Positions 25,801 through 40,800 of a stretch of DNA of 64,000 bases are shown piece after piece. The stretch comes from Nitrospirales bacterium (GTDB lineage Bacteria; Nitrospirota; Nitrospiria; Nitrospirales; UBA8639): contig CBDBCZ010000011.1 of assembly GCA_965203295.1 (NCBI GenBank), positions 64,001-128,000 on the forward strand. Direction: 5' to 3'. Numbering within the stretch: position 1 is the stretch's first letter; every line of letters begins with the position of its first letter. Made by a program: the position numbers and the translations under genes. Below the pieces are notes generated by a model. It saw nothing but the letters and a program-made list of their open reading frames with translations. It ran no database searches and was not told the origin of the DNA.

Positions 25801-28800
25801 TTTTTCGCAAGGATGGAAGTAGGTCTAATTATATAGCAGGGTATACTTACGTATACATGCTCAAAAGCATACTCTAAGATGTAACCAACAGCAGTTATAG
25901 TACATAGTGTCTAAATATTATTAAAGCTTCCTATGTATTAGTTAAAGGTCAGTTTGGGTGAGGGGAGTTTAAAGTCTGAGGCGAAGCCGAGGATTCTAAC
26001 ACCTCACCCAAACTGACCCTTAACTAATTTAATGTACATTGGTATAGCAATACTCCCTGTATGTGGCCTCCTTTGAGTGCTATAAGCGTGGGAAAGAGTG
26101 GTTGCCATGGTAATGTACATTAAACAATGTTACAGCAAAGACGTAATAGTAAACTTCCTATTCAAGTACAGCTATCAATCTTGCTAAAGCACTGAACATT
26201 GATGTGTTTGATTCTGACCGTAATTGCACATTACAGGTGTTTTTACTGATGGCGAAAAATCACGACTCGTGATAGCTGTCACTCGCTTGGATTCTCATTA
26301 CCTGAATAGCATCAAACGTCGACTCTCCCTTCAAAATCTAAAGGACAAAGCAAAGAAATTGGTTTGTGATGCAGTTGAAAAAGCAGTAGGAGCTCGTATC
26401 TCAGATAAGAAAGTTATCCCAGTTATTGGAAGGTGGGCACTCAGTGCTAGACAGCTGAAATACCTGCAGGATAGTCAGTCTTTACAGCAAGCAGAGCAAA
26501 ATCTGGCACAATTGTTCCCTGCAAGTGGGGAGGGCCAGAAAGTGTCACCAGCCAGACATCGAGATGAAATTGTGGAGATACTGGAAGAAAAAAGTGGAAT
26601 AAAACAGCTTGAAGAGGAGTAAGTATTCTGTATAAACACCAGTATATAAGTACAAAAATGAATAAACTTCACAAGTAGGCTATAAGCCTCATGTTTACAT
26701 AATTATTATCTTCTTTAACACAGAATACAGAATATAGTAAAAGTGTTTGGAAGTGTATGGATCAGCTCAATCCATTGTGAATGCTCAAGTTATACGGAAG
26801 CTACACTCAAAGTACTAAGGGATACAATTTCCCTACTACAAGGATTTATGATGGGTAAGGATGTGTGTGCATTATAAAAATATCGTAAAATCTGATAAAT
26901 AACCGCCCCCTTAAAGGTAACCGCCCCTCTAGTATAACCGATCAATTTACTACAACAACAGTTCACTCTCGTGTAAAACCTTCTATGTAAACATAACCGC
27001 CCATAATTTGCACGTGCAGCCCAGGCAGGAAATTGAATCTGTAAAATTAATAGCGTTTGCGCGTGTGAATGTCTATAGCAAGCAGAGCATGCAGCTTATG
27101 CGTAGAACACGACCGTACAGAATAGCGACGAGAATCAGACTGTGAAAACCAAGAAGTCGGCGTTAGTCGTAGCGAGAAAACCCTAGCTACGGTTAGTGGA
27201 GGGTTCTGGGAATGAGACTAAGCTACAGTAGCTAAGCTTGCCTGCCTGTAGGCTTCCTACCTCACATCTATACCAGCTACCGGGCTGATCTCAACGTAGG
27301 AAATGTTTCTGTAAATCTGCCACACTATTAACTGTTGTTTTGCAAAAATAACCGATCTGTGATTATACCCGCCCATGTAAAAGTAACCGCCCATTGAGGC
27401 TGCTAATTCTAATTATAACCGCCCCCGGTTATTTATCAGAGTTTACGGTATTTGTGTTAGGTATACTATATCCACATATGTAGAGAATTTTATCTCAGAA
27501 TTATATAACGTACAATGAATTCTATAACTATACCAGGCATTCTATATAGCTATATAATACAATATATAGTATAGGACGCATTCTTTAGCATAGAATCCAT
27601 TCTATAACATAGAATCCATTCTATAGCATAGAATGCATTCTATAGCACAGAATTTCTTCTATAGCTTAATGTACATTACCATGGCAACCACTTTTTCCCA
27701 CGCTGATAGCACTCAAAGGAGGCCACATACAGGGATCATTGCTATACCAATGTACATTAAATCAGTTTGGGTGAAGGGTTAAAATCCTCGGCTTCGCCTC
27801 GGACTTTAAATTCCCCTAACCCAAACTCACCTTTAACTATTACAAAGAACCCATTCTATAGCACAGAATCCATTCTATAGCACAGAATTTATTCTATCAT
27901 AGAGAATTCATAGAATTTATTCTATAGCATGGAATTCATTTTGTAGCATACTAGGTGAATGCAAAGCATTGTGGGGCGAGCGTGAGCGAGGTATTAGCCC
28001 ATGCGTGCGTTAGTGGCGACGCACCCTCAGCAGCTCTTTTGGCTCCTTCTCTCGTCTCAGTGTCACTTGTTGGTGGCCTGGAGAAATGGCAGCTCTTCTG
28101 GCTTTAGAACTCGCTCTCTGCTGTTCCAATGTGACTTATCGCCAACCTGGGGATATATACGGCAACGCTGTAGCCTCTGCCGCTGCAGTCTACTCTGTGA
28201 GAGCATCCCTAAGCTAGCTGCACTGCAGCCACCGTGCCCTTGTAAACAATTTGGAATATTACGGAAACTATTTGAAACGTTAATTGGTTGGAGGATGAAT
28301 CAGTGCTAGTTTTGGTTACTCAAAACAAACTCTCAATTCACAATTATTAGCTAGTAGTTGTGGTAGTACAAACAGATTTTAGCTGTTACAGTATAAGTCT
28401 TACTCCCCCTGTTGAAACGTACTTGGCAAACGTTTTGTTTTTTTTGTTTTTTTAAGGGGATGGGGGGGGGGGGGGGGGGGTGCCCCCAGCTCCCTAGAAT
28501 TTGTGCCCTACATGTATGTCTGCAGACTCCACCCACCACCACTTTCAAGAACTCCCCTAAACTAAACATCATAGATAAAACCCTGGCTGGCCACTAAATT
28601 TTACCATCCTTAGTTTCTTCTATACTGTGGTGAGTCTCATAAGTTCAATGATACAACAGTTTTCAAACGGGTTAACAGTAAATTGGAGTGGGGGGAAACC
28701 AGACATTGCACCGTCTATTACCATTGTTATTCTTCTTTGTATCCAACAGCATGTAAGAAAAGAATTTTTAAAAGGGTAAAAATTCCCAGGGGGCTACAAA

Positions 28801-31800
28801 ATTTGTATTGGGTGGGGGACAAAGGTCTTTAAGTGCTTTTATCTCTGTATTGTAGTAAGCGCTCTTGTACTAAAATATTTTGCATGTTCCCTAATTTTTC
28901 TATGCCACAAATCAAGGTTATGATATTTGCCTCAAATACCTCATAGTTTCCTAAGTGTGATGGCCTCACAGAGCTACATTAATTTTATATATACGTACAA
29001 AGGCTAGCTGAAATTTGAGCTTATACTACTATTTAAATGTTTGTTGTGCTTTCTTGTAGTAGCCAGTACATTCTGATCAACCATTTTTTTTCTGACTTCA
29101 GTTCAAGATGGAAAGTACAAGCAGGGCCTTCGCCATCAGCAAAATATTGCTCACACCCAGCAGGCATTTATCCAAAATTTAAAATGTGATGGTTCCAGTC
29201 CTGCGGAAAAGCAACTCAAAGAATGCTATGCTCGAGATGTTAAGGTCTGTATTACTTGTAGGGTTTTACATGTACCTGAAATGCATTGTTCTCTAATGTA
29301 AGTGTGAAATTGTGATCTTTGCATGGGCTATAGTATCAATATTCTTTAGTGCAATTCGATACAGCTGTGTCTAGTGCAAATGATGAATGCCCTCTAACAT
29401 TGCAGTATGGTATCACTGCACTGCACTAGTCGTATATACTTATTGAGGGTCTTGTGATGTAATAATCATACTGAAGAGTAATTATTATTAATGCATTCAC
29501 GGAGACCATCCTGGGTAATTGGGAAGAGGTAGGAAGGATTGTCTCTGATTTGTAGCTACTCTATAATCATATTGCGGTGTGATTGGTAGCTTGTTTGTTT
29601 TGTTTTATTTAAATCCATCCCTACATAATAGGCTTTTGCTTAGGTTGTTGTTAAACTGGTTTTTCTCAGACTTGTTTGGAGTGTTTTTTGGGAGGGAGAA
29701 AGTGGTGTGGATGATTATGTAGATTTGATGTACTCAGCCATGTGTGTGTGTATGGAACTTGTGATATGGGCTAAATATCACTCCATTTACACTCCCTTGT
29801 GTTGTGAGGGCTGTGTGCATGAATGGATTGGGTTCATGTCTAGTCAGATTCTGCATAACATGTGGGTGGGGCTAACTGCTGTAGCGTTGCTTCAATAGCA
29901 AAATTTATCAAGATCAAAGGTAGGTTTTAAATAAATGAACATATGGTGGTAGGCAGTCGCGTGTATGTTATTCTGCAATTAAATGGTGTGTAAACAGCAA
30001 ACGGCAAGGAGCTAGATCTGCAGACCATTATGAACCGTCGACAAGCCACATTGCAATGGGTAAGGGCTCTCTCACACGGTCCTCACATGCTTTATATTCT
30101 CCCAATAATATGATCAGTGCACTGACGCTATGCCACTTTCACTAAAGCTGCAGTGGGGAGAGATAAAATAATGTGTGTGCATTGTTGTGAATGGGCACTA
30201 CCCTTTGTGTGACATTAGTTTTGGATTTTAAGTTCAATAAGATCAGTACAGTTGCTTAAATGTAATGCACAAACTGATCATGAGTGCCGGTACTCTACTC
30301 CTGAGTTAACGATATGCTGAGGATGTGAAAACTTTATTCTTACTACTGAACATTGCAAGCCCTATTGTAATTTTGTATTAAAATTTACTGTACGATTAGC
30401 ACACGAACATGCTTACTAATTTTTTAGGATATCAGTGAAAGAGCCAAAGTTGAACTCACTGCCTTCATGAAGAGGAACAGAAAAAAGCTTGCAAAAGGAA
30501 GGATTTCACCAGAATCTTTTTATTCAGGTTTGAAGTAGCTTTATTTTGTAGGCTAACACAACTGTCAATACTATTTCCTATTTTCTAGACCTGCAGAAAC
30601 CTCTGGAAAAAGTAATCGATGAACACAGATTTAAAAGCATGTGTGAGGAGCTGGAAGTTCTCAGAGAAGATGCTACAAGGCAAATAGCCCACTTGGAATA
30701 TTTAACAAGACAGTACTGCACTACTGAATGTGGTGAGTTTAACGCAATACAGACTTAAGAAAGCATAATATTATGTATTGCTTGGTTGTATACCGGCCAG
30801 AAAAAAGAGAATCAACTGCTAAACCACTTGTAACCTTGGATGGAATCAAGTACAAGGACATGATTGAACACCATCCGAATCTGCTGGAGGAACAGAGAAC
30901 TTACCAACGGTAAGAATTCACTTTCAGACCTCTGTAAAGTTTGCTCATGGGTGACATGAATATTGAAAATAGTCAAGAGTGACATAATGCACATTAATTT
31001 TAGATACGTAATTGTGTAGAGTATAATATTATGTGTACCATATAGTGGCAAATCTTCACCAGTGAAAATTTTTGTCGAATGCATTTGAGAAGTATTGCAG
31101 AAAAAATGTGTCAGCAGTTAAGCCCATATTGCAGGAAAGAGCCTACCTGTTTATAGACACTGAAGATAGTTCAAGATTGCCGCCATTGTCAACTTTTGTT
31201 TATCACCAGTAGCAGGGCTACTTGCATAACTTTGAGGTCAGTGGTCCCTCAATAGTCTTGTGAGCCTGTGAGACTAGTCCTACATACATCCTCGTGGGAC
31301 AGTGCGAACAGTTTGGCCCCATTAGGCTACACCTTGCAAGGTCAGTGAGCTCACTGCGAGGTGGCAAAACTTGCAGGTATCTTGGTAGAGCAGGGGCGCC
31401 GGAAGCACTTTAGCTTTGGTCCGGCTGACAAACACTAGCCTCGTTCCCAGACCTATGGGAATGAGGCTAACAAACACAGCGTTGATAATAGCAGGCCCCC
31501 GCGCGAAGCGCAGAATTTTTTTAATTGCACTTTTGAAAAAGGTTAGGAATGGCTCACATGAAGTCTCTGCGAATCATTACTGCCGAAACGTAGATAGCAT
31601 TAGCTCAAACATCCGAAATAATCTCCAGAAGTGAAATACCAGTCGCACAATCCCACGTGGTATACGTATATACAGTGTTTAATACGTGGCTAATACGCTC
31701 GCGCTTCAGCCCCTCCCATTCAATAAAGGGCGGAGCCTCGACGAAAGCTCAATTGACGTGGCCGGCCGTGCCGTTGTCTCGTGGGCCAGACTTAGCCTCG

Positions 31801-34800
31801 TTCCCATGCCCGCGACTTGTTCAGTCCAGACTAACGTGAGTCTTAACAGTACGCTCACCAGCAGAATCCAGTTCGACAAATGACCAGCAACTGCTATTAT
31901 TAGTAGTAAACGCTAACAAGACGTCGCGATGACGTAAACTCGGCGTGAACATTGGTCCGGCGACCGCCGGACCTGCCGGACCGGTTCCGGCGCCCCTGTA
32001 GAGTTATGATTCACGTAGCATGCATGGCTTTCATCAAGGAAAAGAATCATTGGTCAAAATTTCGCCGCTTGAGCCAACTGGCGAAATAGCGTCTCCTGGT
32101 AATTTTTTTTTCACTATACTAGATTCTGGCTAATATCCTTCCCTATCAGCATGTGCATTCATGGCTGTGTATTCTTTATTACTGCAGTGATTCTGCTGTT
32201 GTTGCCAGTTACACAAAATCAAAGGAAGAGATGAGCCGAAGGTGGGCACATAAAAACTACACACGCACACTTTTTAGATTACTTACTTAAATAATAGTGC
32301 TATCATTCTGAAATGGTGCTCAATATTAGCGCCAAAGTCCATGAGAGCAGAGGGAGGGGGGTGACACTACCTTGCATGTTGCAGTGTGAAAACTCTGAGA
32401 ACTTTAAAGTATACACCAATGAGTCTTTGATGGATAAAATATGCAGTTGGATGTGATTGCATGATTTTATAGTGTCTCGTGTATGTTCTTGACAATACTA
32501 AGCATTATTGTTAGTAATTTAATAGCTTGTATTCAAACAATGTCATTGCATTTTAAAATTGAAATTGTTTGCTTTCTATATTCCACGTATTCAGCAGTAA
32601 AACTCCAGGATTTTGGGAAGAATTGTGGGAAATCCTGATAAAGAAACCATTAAAGCTTTTGTTGAGGTATGCTACTATTTGAATACAATTATATACTATT
32701 TTAAGCAATCTAGCTACACCGGTAGAATGTAAAAATATATGCTGGGGTTTGTAAGAGTGGAATGTGAAATAGAGTACACTAACAAGCTGTCCCTCATGTT
32801 TTGATCAACATTGACAAAGCAAATACATAAACAAAAAGTGATGGGATGTCATTAAAGTTTTTGTCCGGCGAAAAGTTTGGTCCGGAGGACCAAATTTGTA
32901 GGAAAATTGGTCCGCCGGACCATTTTCTCCCCTTAAAATTTGGCGTGGAAGTGGTGACACAAAATAGTCCATAGAGTGTAGGAGCATGAAGAGATAGACT
33001 TAAATATTAAAGCACTATGGTAATACGGTCTTACAGCAACTTTAGCCGTCATTGTTTGTAGTGTGCTTTAATTTGAATTGGCTCATCCTGCATTCCACCA
33101 ATCAGAATGAGGCTTTCAGCTCTCAACTCAAGAAAGCTTACCTAGCTTTAGCTAGGTTAGCTACCGCTTGTAGGTGTTATGGGACACTCCAGCGCAGCCT
33201 GACTGGCGCTCATGAACAAGAATATACACCACCAGTACCTGGACCATTTCTCCAGAGGCGGACCATTTTCCCCGAAAAAAATTGGTCTTGGGGACTGATT
33301 TTCCATTGAAAATTTTTGTCCGAGGGATCAAAATTTTCAGGACCAAAATTCCAGTGACAGGCCATACCTCCAGCACTGTGTGTCCCATACAAAAGTCTCA
33401 TGCATGACATTTTACGGAAGAGCTTTTTCTAAATCTGTCCAAGCTTCACTATAAATAATTGTCAATTGCCTGCACAAAATAATTTACATCATCCATGAAT
33501 CTGCAATCACGATTGAATCACCATGAAATTAAGAACCACGAGAAGTATTGTTAATGCCCCTCTTGAGCTTTTCATGAAAGTCTCCACCCACAAAAATTAA
33601 ACTGCTATGATACTGTAGGTATAGCCAATCTTTATTGGTGAGCTGAGGTCAATAAATATTTTTGAAACAGCATGTAGGAATGGATCCCAAAAAGCAAGGT
33701 AGGAATATTACAACACGATATCATGGATTACCATCGAAAAGTTTGTGTAGCTTGTATTAGTCATGTGTAAGCAGCAATAAGAGTTCATGGGTGGCGGGCA
33801 GTCTGCATATGCATAATCCTCCTAAAATGACATGCAGCAGGGGATTGCTCATTTGATTAACATTAATGTTTTACATATGAAATTATATGTACAGAACTCT
33901 GCTCTAGATGTAGTCTTGACCTTTCTGAGCCATAGCTGTTACTCTCGAGTGTTTTTCAGAAACAATACTCTTAGCACTGCTAGAAAGCACCACTAAAGTG
34001 CCACATCAGCAAGTCGCTAAATGGTTTTTCTATTTTCAGCCAGGCTAGCACAATGATGGCTAAAGCTATGATTCTAACATGCATAATGTTTTTTTCTTCT
34101 CTACACTTATAGCATAGCGTTTATTTTGGTTCGGTAGTGAATGACAGGCACTCTCAAGTGGACACCTGCCCCTTACATGCCATTTTATGACTTGAATTAT
34201 GCATGTGTAGACCTGCAAACACGTTTGTCTATTTAAAGCCTAATTTCTATTATGCTGCTCTGGCCTGCTTAAAAATCGTGTAAGAAATGTTGTATGTTGT
34301 GGATTGTGGTAGCTATGTGTGTGGATAAAAAACTGTCTAAAAAGATATTGGGATGGTGATGTGCAAACGTATTGCACTGTATATGTTTGGTTTCATTTTA
34401 GGGATTCTCTTTCATGTATTTACATTTTCAAAGACATTTTATATCAACCGGGCTATAGCATCCTGTTAACTCTTAAATGAGCTCATTTCTGCAACTTTAA
34501 ACACATTCAGAGTATGGTGCTACCTTATCATGTTAGCAGTGTGTTTTACTCAAAACTTTCTAATTTTAGGAGTGGTGAAACACTGGATGAGGCTGAAAGG
34601 TTTGTTGCATGGCATACCATATAATATGCACTTTGCTGACTGTTAATGAGGTATCATAGTTTATCGAATGTCAGCCACCATGTATTGTCAGTTGTCAATT
34701 GTTGACCAAAGTTACAACAGAAATACACGTGGTATGGATAGATTTTGGAACCCGCCACATTGCCGGGAAAGCTAGCTGACTATATACAAGAAAGCTGCAG

Positions 34801-37800
34801 AGTTGGAAGAGAAATGCCAGCAGAGGAACCAGAAACGAAATAGGAGAAGTAAAAAATGTTGTATGTGGTGGATTTTGGTAGCTATGTGTGTGAATAGAAA
34901 ACTGTCTAAAGAGATATTGGGATGGTAAACTGTAAACATATTGCACTGTACATGTTTGGTTACATTTTATCAACCAGGCTATAGCATCCTGTTTAATTAA
35001 CCCTTAAATGAGTGCATGTCTTCAACTTTGATTGCATTCAGAGTATGATGCTACCTTAACATTTTAGCAGTGTGTTTGCCTCTAATCTTAGAAGTGATAC
35101 CAACAGAAAAACAAAGGATGAGGCTGAAAGGTTTGCATTTATCGAATGTCGGCTACCATCTATTGTTGGCTGTCAATTGTCGACCAAAGTTACGTCGGAA
35201 ATACACGTGGTATGGATGGATTTTGGAACCTGCCACATTGCTGGGAAAGGTAGCTAACTAAATATTTACTTCTCCAAATTAGGATGATTTTTGCCACCCA
35301 TTTTTGGAGAATTCATTTAAGTTTAATCAAGCATCCAGCTTTCTAGTGTTGCAGTTAATAATCTCTTTTTAATGTCATCTATACAGGTCTTCTTAGGGCT
35401 AGTGGTGTTGGTGCCCCACTTAGTGGATTGTAGCCTGTTGGTCTTTTTGGGTGGAGGTCCTAGATCCTCATGACTTCTCCGCCACGGCATTTGTTACGGA
35501 TTTGGGGTCCCACAAATCATCCCGACATGGCTTCATTCAATACTGGGACATCACTCCAATCTATTGTATGTCCAACCTGCCAGGCATGTCCTGCGATTGC
35601 TGACTTCTCTAGCTGTCATAAGCGGGCTGCAGCACAGTGTTCCTTCATTCTGGTCTCCAGAGTCCTTTTGGTCTCACCAATGTACACCTTCCCACAACTG
35701 CACCTCGTACCCCACTCCAGACTTCTTCTCCATCAGGATGGGGTTTTCACTTTAACAAGAGCAGATCTGAGAGTAGCGGCCGACTTGAAGCCATCCAGAT
35801 GTTGTAGTCTTTGCATACACTCCTGATCTGTTTGCTTAGCTAAGCCATGTATGGGATTGCCACTATAGTTATGTGGGGCTTATTCTCTCCGTCTGGTTGT
35901 GGTCGTCTCTCCAGGGATTTCTCTATGAATGGTCTGGGGTAGCCATTCTCCTGCAGGACTCCATCTAGATGTTCCTCTTCTGCGTGCAGGTTGTCTTTGT
36001 TCAGCGTGACAGCTCGGGCTCAGTTGAACAGACTCCTCACAAATCCCCTCTTCACATGCATCGGATGGTTGACTCGAACTGTAGGTATCAGTCTGTGTTT
36101 GGTCTTCTTTCGGAATACGGCTGTGTCAAGTGTTTATAGTCTCCGAATTAATCTGGTGTCCAGAAATGGGATTATCCCTTCATTCTCATCTTCGACTGTG
36201 AACTGGATGGTGGAACATATACCGTTGAGATGGTCAAGTGTCTCGAGATCCGCTGTCTTTTTTGTAATGTAGAAGATATCATCCACGTAATGCTTCCATA
36301 CACAAGGTGGGTTCGGTGCTGTTGCCAAGGCCAGTTCTTCAAAGTGCTCCATGCAGATATTGGCTACTCCTGGTGACACTGGAGATCCCATCGCCGCTCC
36401 TTCTGTTTGCTCTCCATGGAAGCTGAAGTATGTTGATCTGAGACACAGCTCCAGCAAATGAGTCATGTTGTTCGATGAGAGTATCGATTTTCCTCCAGGC
36501 TGGTGGCTTGAGATAGTCTGCTCTGAATCATTTACAAGAAGTCATCCAGGGGGAAATTTGTGAATAGGGATTTCACGTCAAAGCTGACCATGACTTCATT
36601 GACTCTGATGGTTTCATTCTTAACCTGTTCAATGAAGTGGTGCAAGTTCTTCACAAAAGAAGTTGTCTGTCCGTCTAGCGGCCCAATAACCTTGGTCACA
36701 TGCACGTACTTCGCCAGATGGTAGGTAGGAGATTTGATGGATGAAACAACAGGCTGTATAGAAAAATCTGGATTATGGATCTTTGATAGTTCATAGTGCC
36801 TTGGTGTTCTGCTGGCAGATGGTCCTACTCTGATCACTGTAGTCTCATCCAGCTCTCTCTTGCATTTCAGTTCCCTTACTTCGCTCATGATTCTTAACTC
36901 AATTTGGCCGATGGGGTATTTTTTTAAGCCGGGGTTTGGACCCTGCACAAACAGACAGCTTGGTTCAAATGTCCATCACTACTCTGAACCCTCCCTTGAA
37001 TGGAACATCATATTTTGCTAGAGGATCATATCCACTTTTTAGTCACCTTGCTGAGATGCTCCCAGTTTAAGTGTATCCATTTCAGGCATTTGTGACTGAA
37101 AAGAGGTGTTCATCTCCTTTTTTAATAAGTGTAGTATTTTGGCTTCTTGCATGCAGTCATGGTACTTGCTATGCACACGGAATTGACTAAACACCCTATG
37201 GGTTCTCCAGTGTATGTCCTCCAATCTGTGTCTAAAGGCTTTACCCCCACAGCTTTGCAGACATCCTTTGACAGCAAATAAGGCTTCATCACAATTAATG
37301 GCCTTAACTTGACCTGGCTCTCGTGCTTCATAGTCAGCATCCCAACTTGACAGGTTTCACTTGCTGTCGACTCTGCAGACATATCTTGGCTCTGACCCCA
37401 TTTTCCGCCAGCACAACATTTCTTAATTCTGAAGTAGCTCTTGTCTGAGCTGCAAACCATTTTCCACAGTCGAAGCAAGGTTGCTTACCATCATATGAGG
37501 TTAAGTCAAACTCTTCAGTTCATCTATTGGCCTCCTTGTAGTTTCCATGTACTGTGCTGTGGTATATGCCTTGGTAAGCGTCAGATCTGCTTTTGTTAGT
37601 TAATTGTAGGTCTCACAAGGGTCTGCAAGACCTGTTGTGAGACCAGAATTCTATTAATAGCAGGCGAATACATGACAGTATATTTTGGCCTATTTCCTAA
37701 TTAATTTAGCAAATTTCGAAGGAAATTACTCGAAAGAGAGAGAAAATGAACCTTGGTAAATACTGCGCATGCTCACTGGTCTCGCACGCTTTTGCTCCAA

Positions 37801-40800
37801 TTGGCGGCCTCTATTTTTGCGAGAACAGAATAAGTGACAGAAAACTTTGACAAAAAACTTTCTTTGATTGTACATGTACAGAGTACATGCCAACAAGGTA
37901 TATAGTGCATAATCATATAGGATACTTCAGCTCAAATGATGAGTGATACACATGGCATTATATAGAAACCCCACTTCAAAGTAAATGAAACTGGTATTCA
38001 TGTGTCCATTGTTGTGTCTGAATCTGCATGTTAGAGACAAAAAACCAGTGTTGTCAGGGGGGGAAATAGTTATCTGGGTGGGAATACACTGTCATGTATT
38101 CGCCTGCTATTAATAGAATTCTGCTCTCACATCAGGTCTTGCAGACCCTTGTGAGACCTACAATTCTATGTCATGCAGGCTCATACATGACCGTGTATGT
38201 TCAAAGCCCAAGAAGTAGATTCTCACCTGCACTTGCAGCTTGTAGGATAGCCTTTCCAAAAGCGTGTTGTACAGGCTTGTAATAGAATCTCTGGAATGTA
38301 GATTCTCTCGACCAGTCGGCTGCACACAGAATATCTTTTGTGGCTACACCACGGTTCTTGGCTGCCGATGTAGAAGCGGCTCGTGTAGAGTGTGCCTTGA
38401 AATTAGCATCCACTCCAGCCTTCGCCAGCATATTCTTGATCCATCTGGATATCGTAGCTGGCCGTACTGGCTTATAGGGTTTGTAAAAGGAGATAAACAG
38501 AGGAATCTTTTCGTCTCCATCTGAGCGGAAGCCAGCAGTTTTACGCTCATAATGCCGCAGAGTGTCTACGGGACACACTTTTTTCTCCGCAAAGGAAGAA
38601 TAGAAAGCCTGACGAGGTGGTCCTGATCTGCGGGTCTTGGTCAACCCTGGAATCTCAAAGGTCATGCCCTCGGCCGAATACCTCCTGTATTTGAGGTCCA
38701 GAGCGTGCAAATCTGATGCTCTATCAGAATTCGTGAGAGCCATAAGTGCGACTAGCTTCCAGGACAGGTCTTCAATTGAGAGCTGCTCAGATGGCTCCAT
38801 CGAACGAATATACGTCACGACCACGTCTACATCCCATACCGATTTGTACTTTGGTTTGGGAGGACGGGAATTGAATATGCCCTGCATTAGTCTGCAAACA
38901 GTTGGGTGTTTCCCAACCACGACTCCCCCAACGCTCACGTGAGACATTGAAATAGCTGATCTGTACGTGTTTACAGTACTGTATTCCTTTCCCTCTACAT
39001 GGAGGTCTGTTAGGAACTGGACAATATCTGCGAGAGAGGCAGAAAAGGGATCAACACTCCGCTGGTCACACCAGCTGACCCAACGTCTCCAAGCGGAGTC
39101 GTACGACTTTGCTGTCCCTTTCCTCCATGACTTGCAGATGATATCTGCACTCTCCTGTGATATGCCCTGGTTTGAGAGGGTATTCCGGATATGGGCCACG
39201 CGGCTAGAGCAAGGTGATGGTTCAGGATCAGGGGGTGTTGTTCCTGCTGAGGATTCGGTAGTAGGTCCGGGGAGAATGGCAGGGTCACCGGATCGTTGTT
39301 CAGCATTGACAACAAAAGGGGGTACCATACTTGGGCTGGCCAGATCGGCGCTATCAACAACAGTGACTCTGACTGCTCTCTACGCACTTTCGGGGGAAAC
39401 GCATATGGACGTTCCCTGTTCCAAGGATGGGCCAGAGCGTCCACCGCTATCGCCTGTGGGTCTGGTCTCCAGCTGTAAAACCAAGTCGTCTGAGTGTTCA
39501 AATGGGAGGCAAACAGGTCGATCGAGAATGGGCCAAACAGGTAGTTTAGCTGCGAGAAGACCTTCGGGCTCAGTCTCCAATCGCTGCAGTCCGACAGGTG
39601 TCGGGACTCGAAATCCGCCACCCTGTTCAACCTGCCTGGGAGATGCTCTGCATGAACTGTGTTCGAGGCACCATTTCCAAAGCCAGCTTGCACAAACGTA
39701 GGGAATGTGTTCCACCCATCTGGTTGATGTAGGCTATGGCAACCTGGCTGTCGAGAAACATCTGGATGTGGCAGTTTGGATGCTTCACAAACGACTGAAT
39801 GGCAAGTAGGGCTGCCTTCAGTTCCAGTCAATTGATGTGGGCTTGTGATTCCTCGAGTGTCCAAGGGCCACCTGTCGCTACACTGCTCTCCCTGCAGTGG
39901 GCACCCCAACCCTTCTTGGAGGCATCTGACTCGAGAACCAGTGATGGTTCCGGAGGGTAAATGGCTCGGCCATTGTGATCTTTCAGGGAGTTGATCCACC
40001 ACTGCAGGTCTTCCACTGCTTCCAGTGAAAGTTTCACTGGTTTGTCGTAGTCTGGAAACTTCTTCCGATCCAAAGCCTCTACCCTCAGACGTTAGAGGGC
40101 TCTGTAATGTAGTGGTGCTGGGAGGACAGCTGGCAAGACGGATGTTATGAGCCCTATTATGTGTGCTAATTGGTGACCTGTTACATCCTGACGATTTATA
40201 GTGTGCCGGCACTCCTTCTGTATCTTGTCGATTTTCTCCATTGGCAAGGATAGTGTCATCCCGGGCCATCGACTTTTGAACCTCCTTGGAAAGGCAGGTG
40301 TGGTCAGTTTCTTGTTCGTCCGGTAGTATGATTCTGGATCAAATTTCTCTGCCAAATCGTCTTCCTCATCCTCTGACTCATCGGAATCGTAATATCTGGC
40401 ACGCTTCGCCCTGTGATCCCGCTGGTCGTCACCGTTGGGGCGCTTTGATCTCGCCGAGACCTGCAAGATCGGTCTCTCTTCCAAGGGCACGGAATCCACG
40501 GCCCGGCTAGGGCCAGGGGCACTATCATTCTGTGCGGTAGGAGTGGGGTGTTGCCCTTGCTGTGGATCAACCACTGTTTGGGGGTGAGCTATAGCTTGCG
40601 CCTGGGACCACACGAAAGATGTGCCTCCGGAATGTATGGTAGCCGGTGGTTGGCTAACCCAGCTCGAAAAGGCCAGATATGGGTTAAAAAGAGTGGCCCG
40701 GGGGCCCGCGGGGCCTGGGTTTACGCCACTGCTTGTACCACCTGCAGTGTGCACACCCGGGGTTGGCCCTCTCACGAAATTTTGCAGGTGGTGCAAAATG

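Noticed and set aside
27480..27950. Repeats resembling a CRISPR array
   Set aside because: They are adjacent degenerate 19-bp units with no unique spacers, in a eukaryotic intron with no cas genes.
39380..39620. Adenine methyltransferase plus integrase as evidence of a prophage or bacterial contamination
   Set aside because: Both are standard DIRS1 domains and lie inside the ITR/ICR boundaries.
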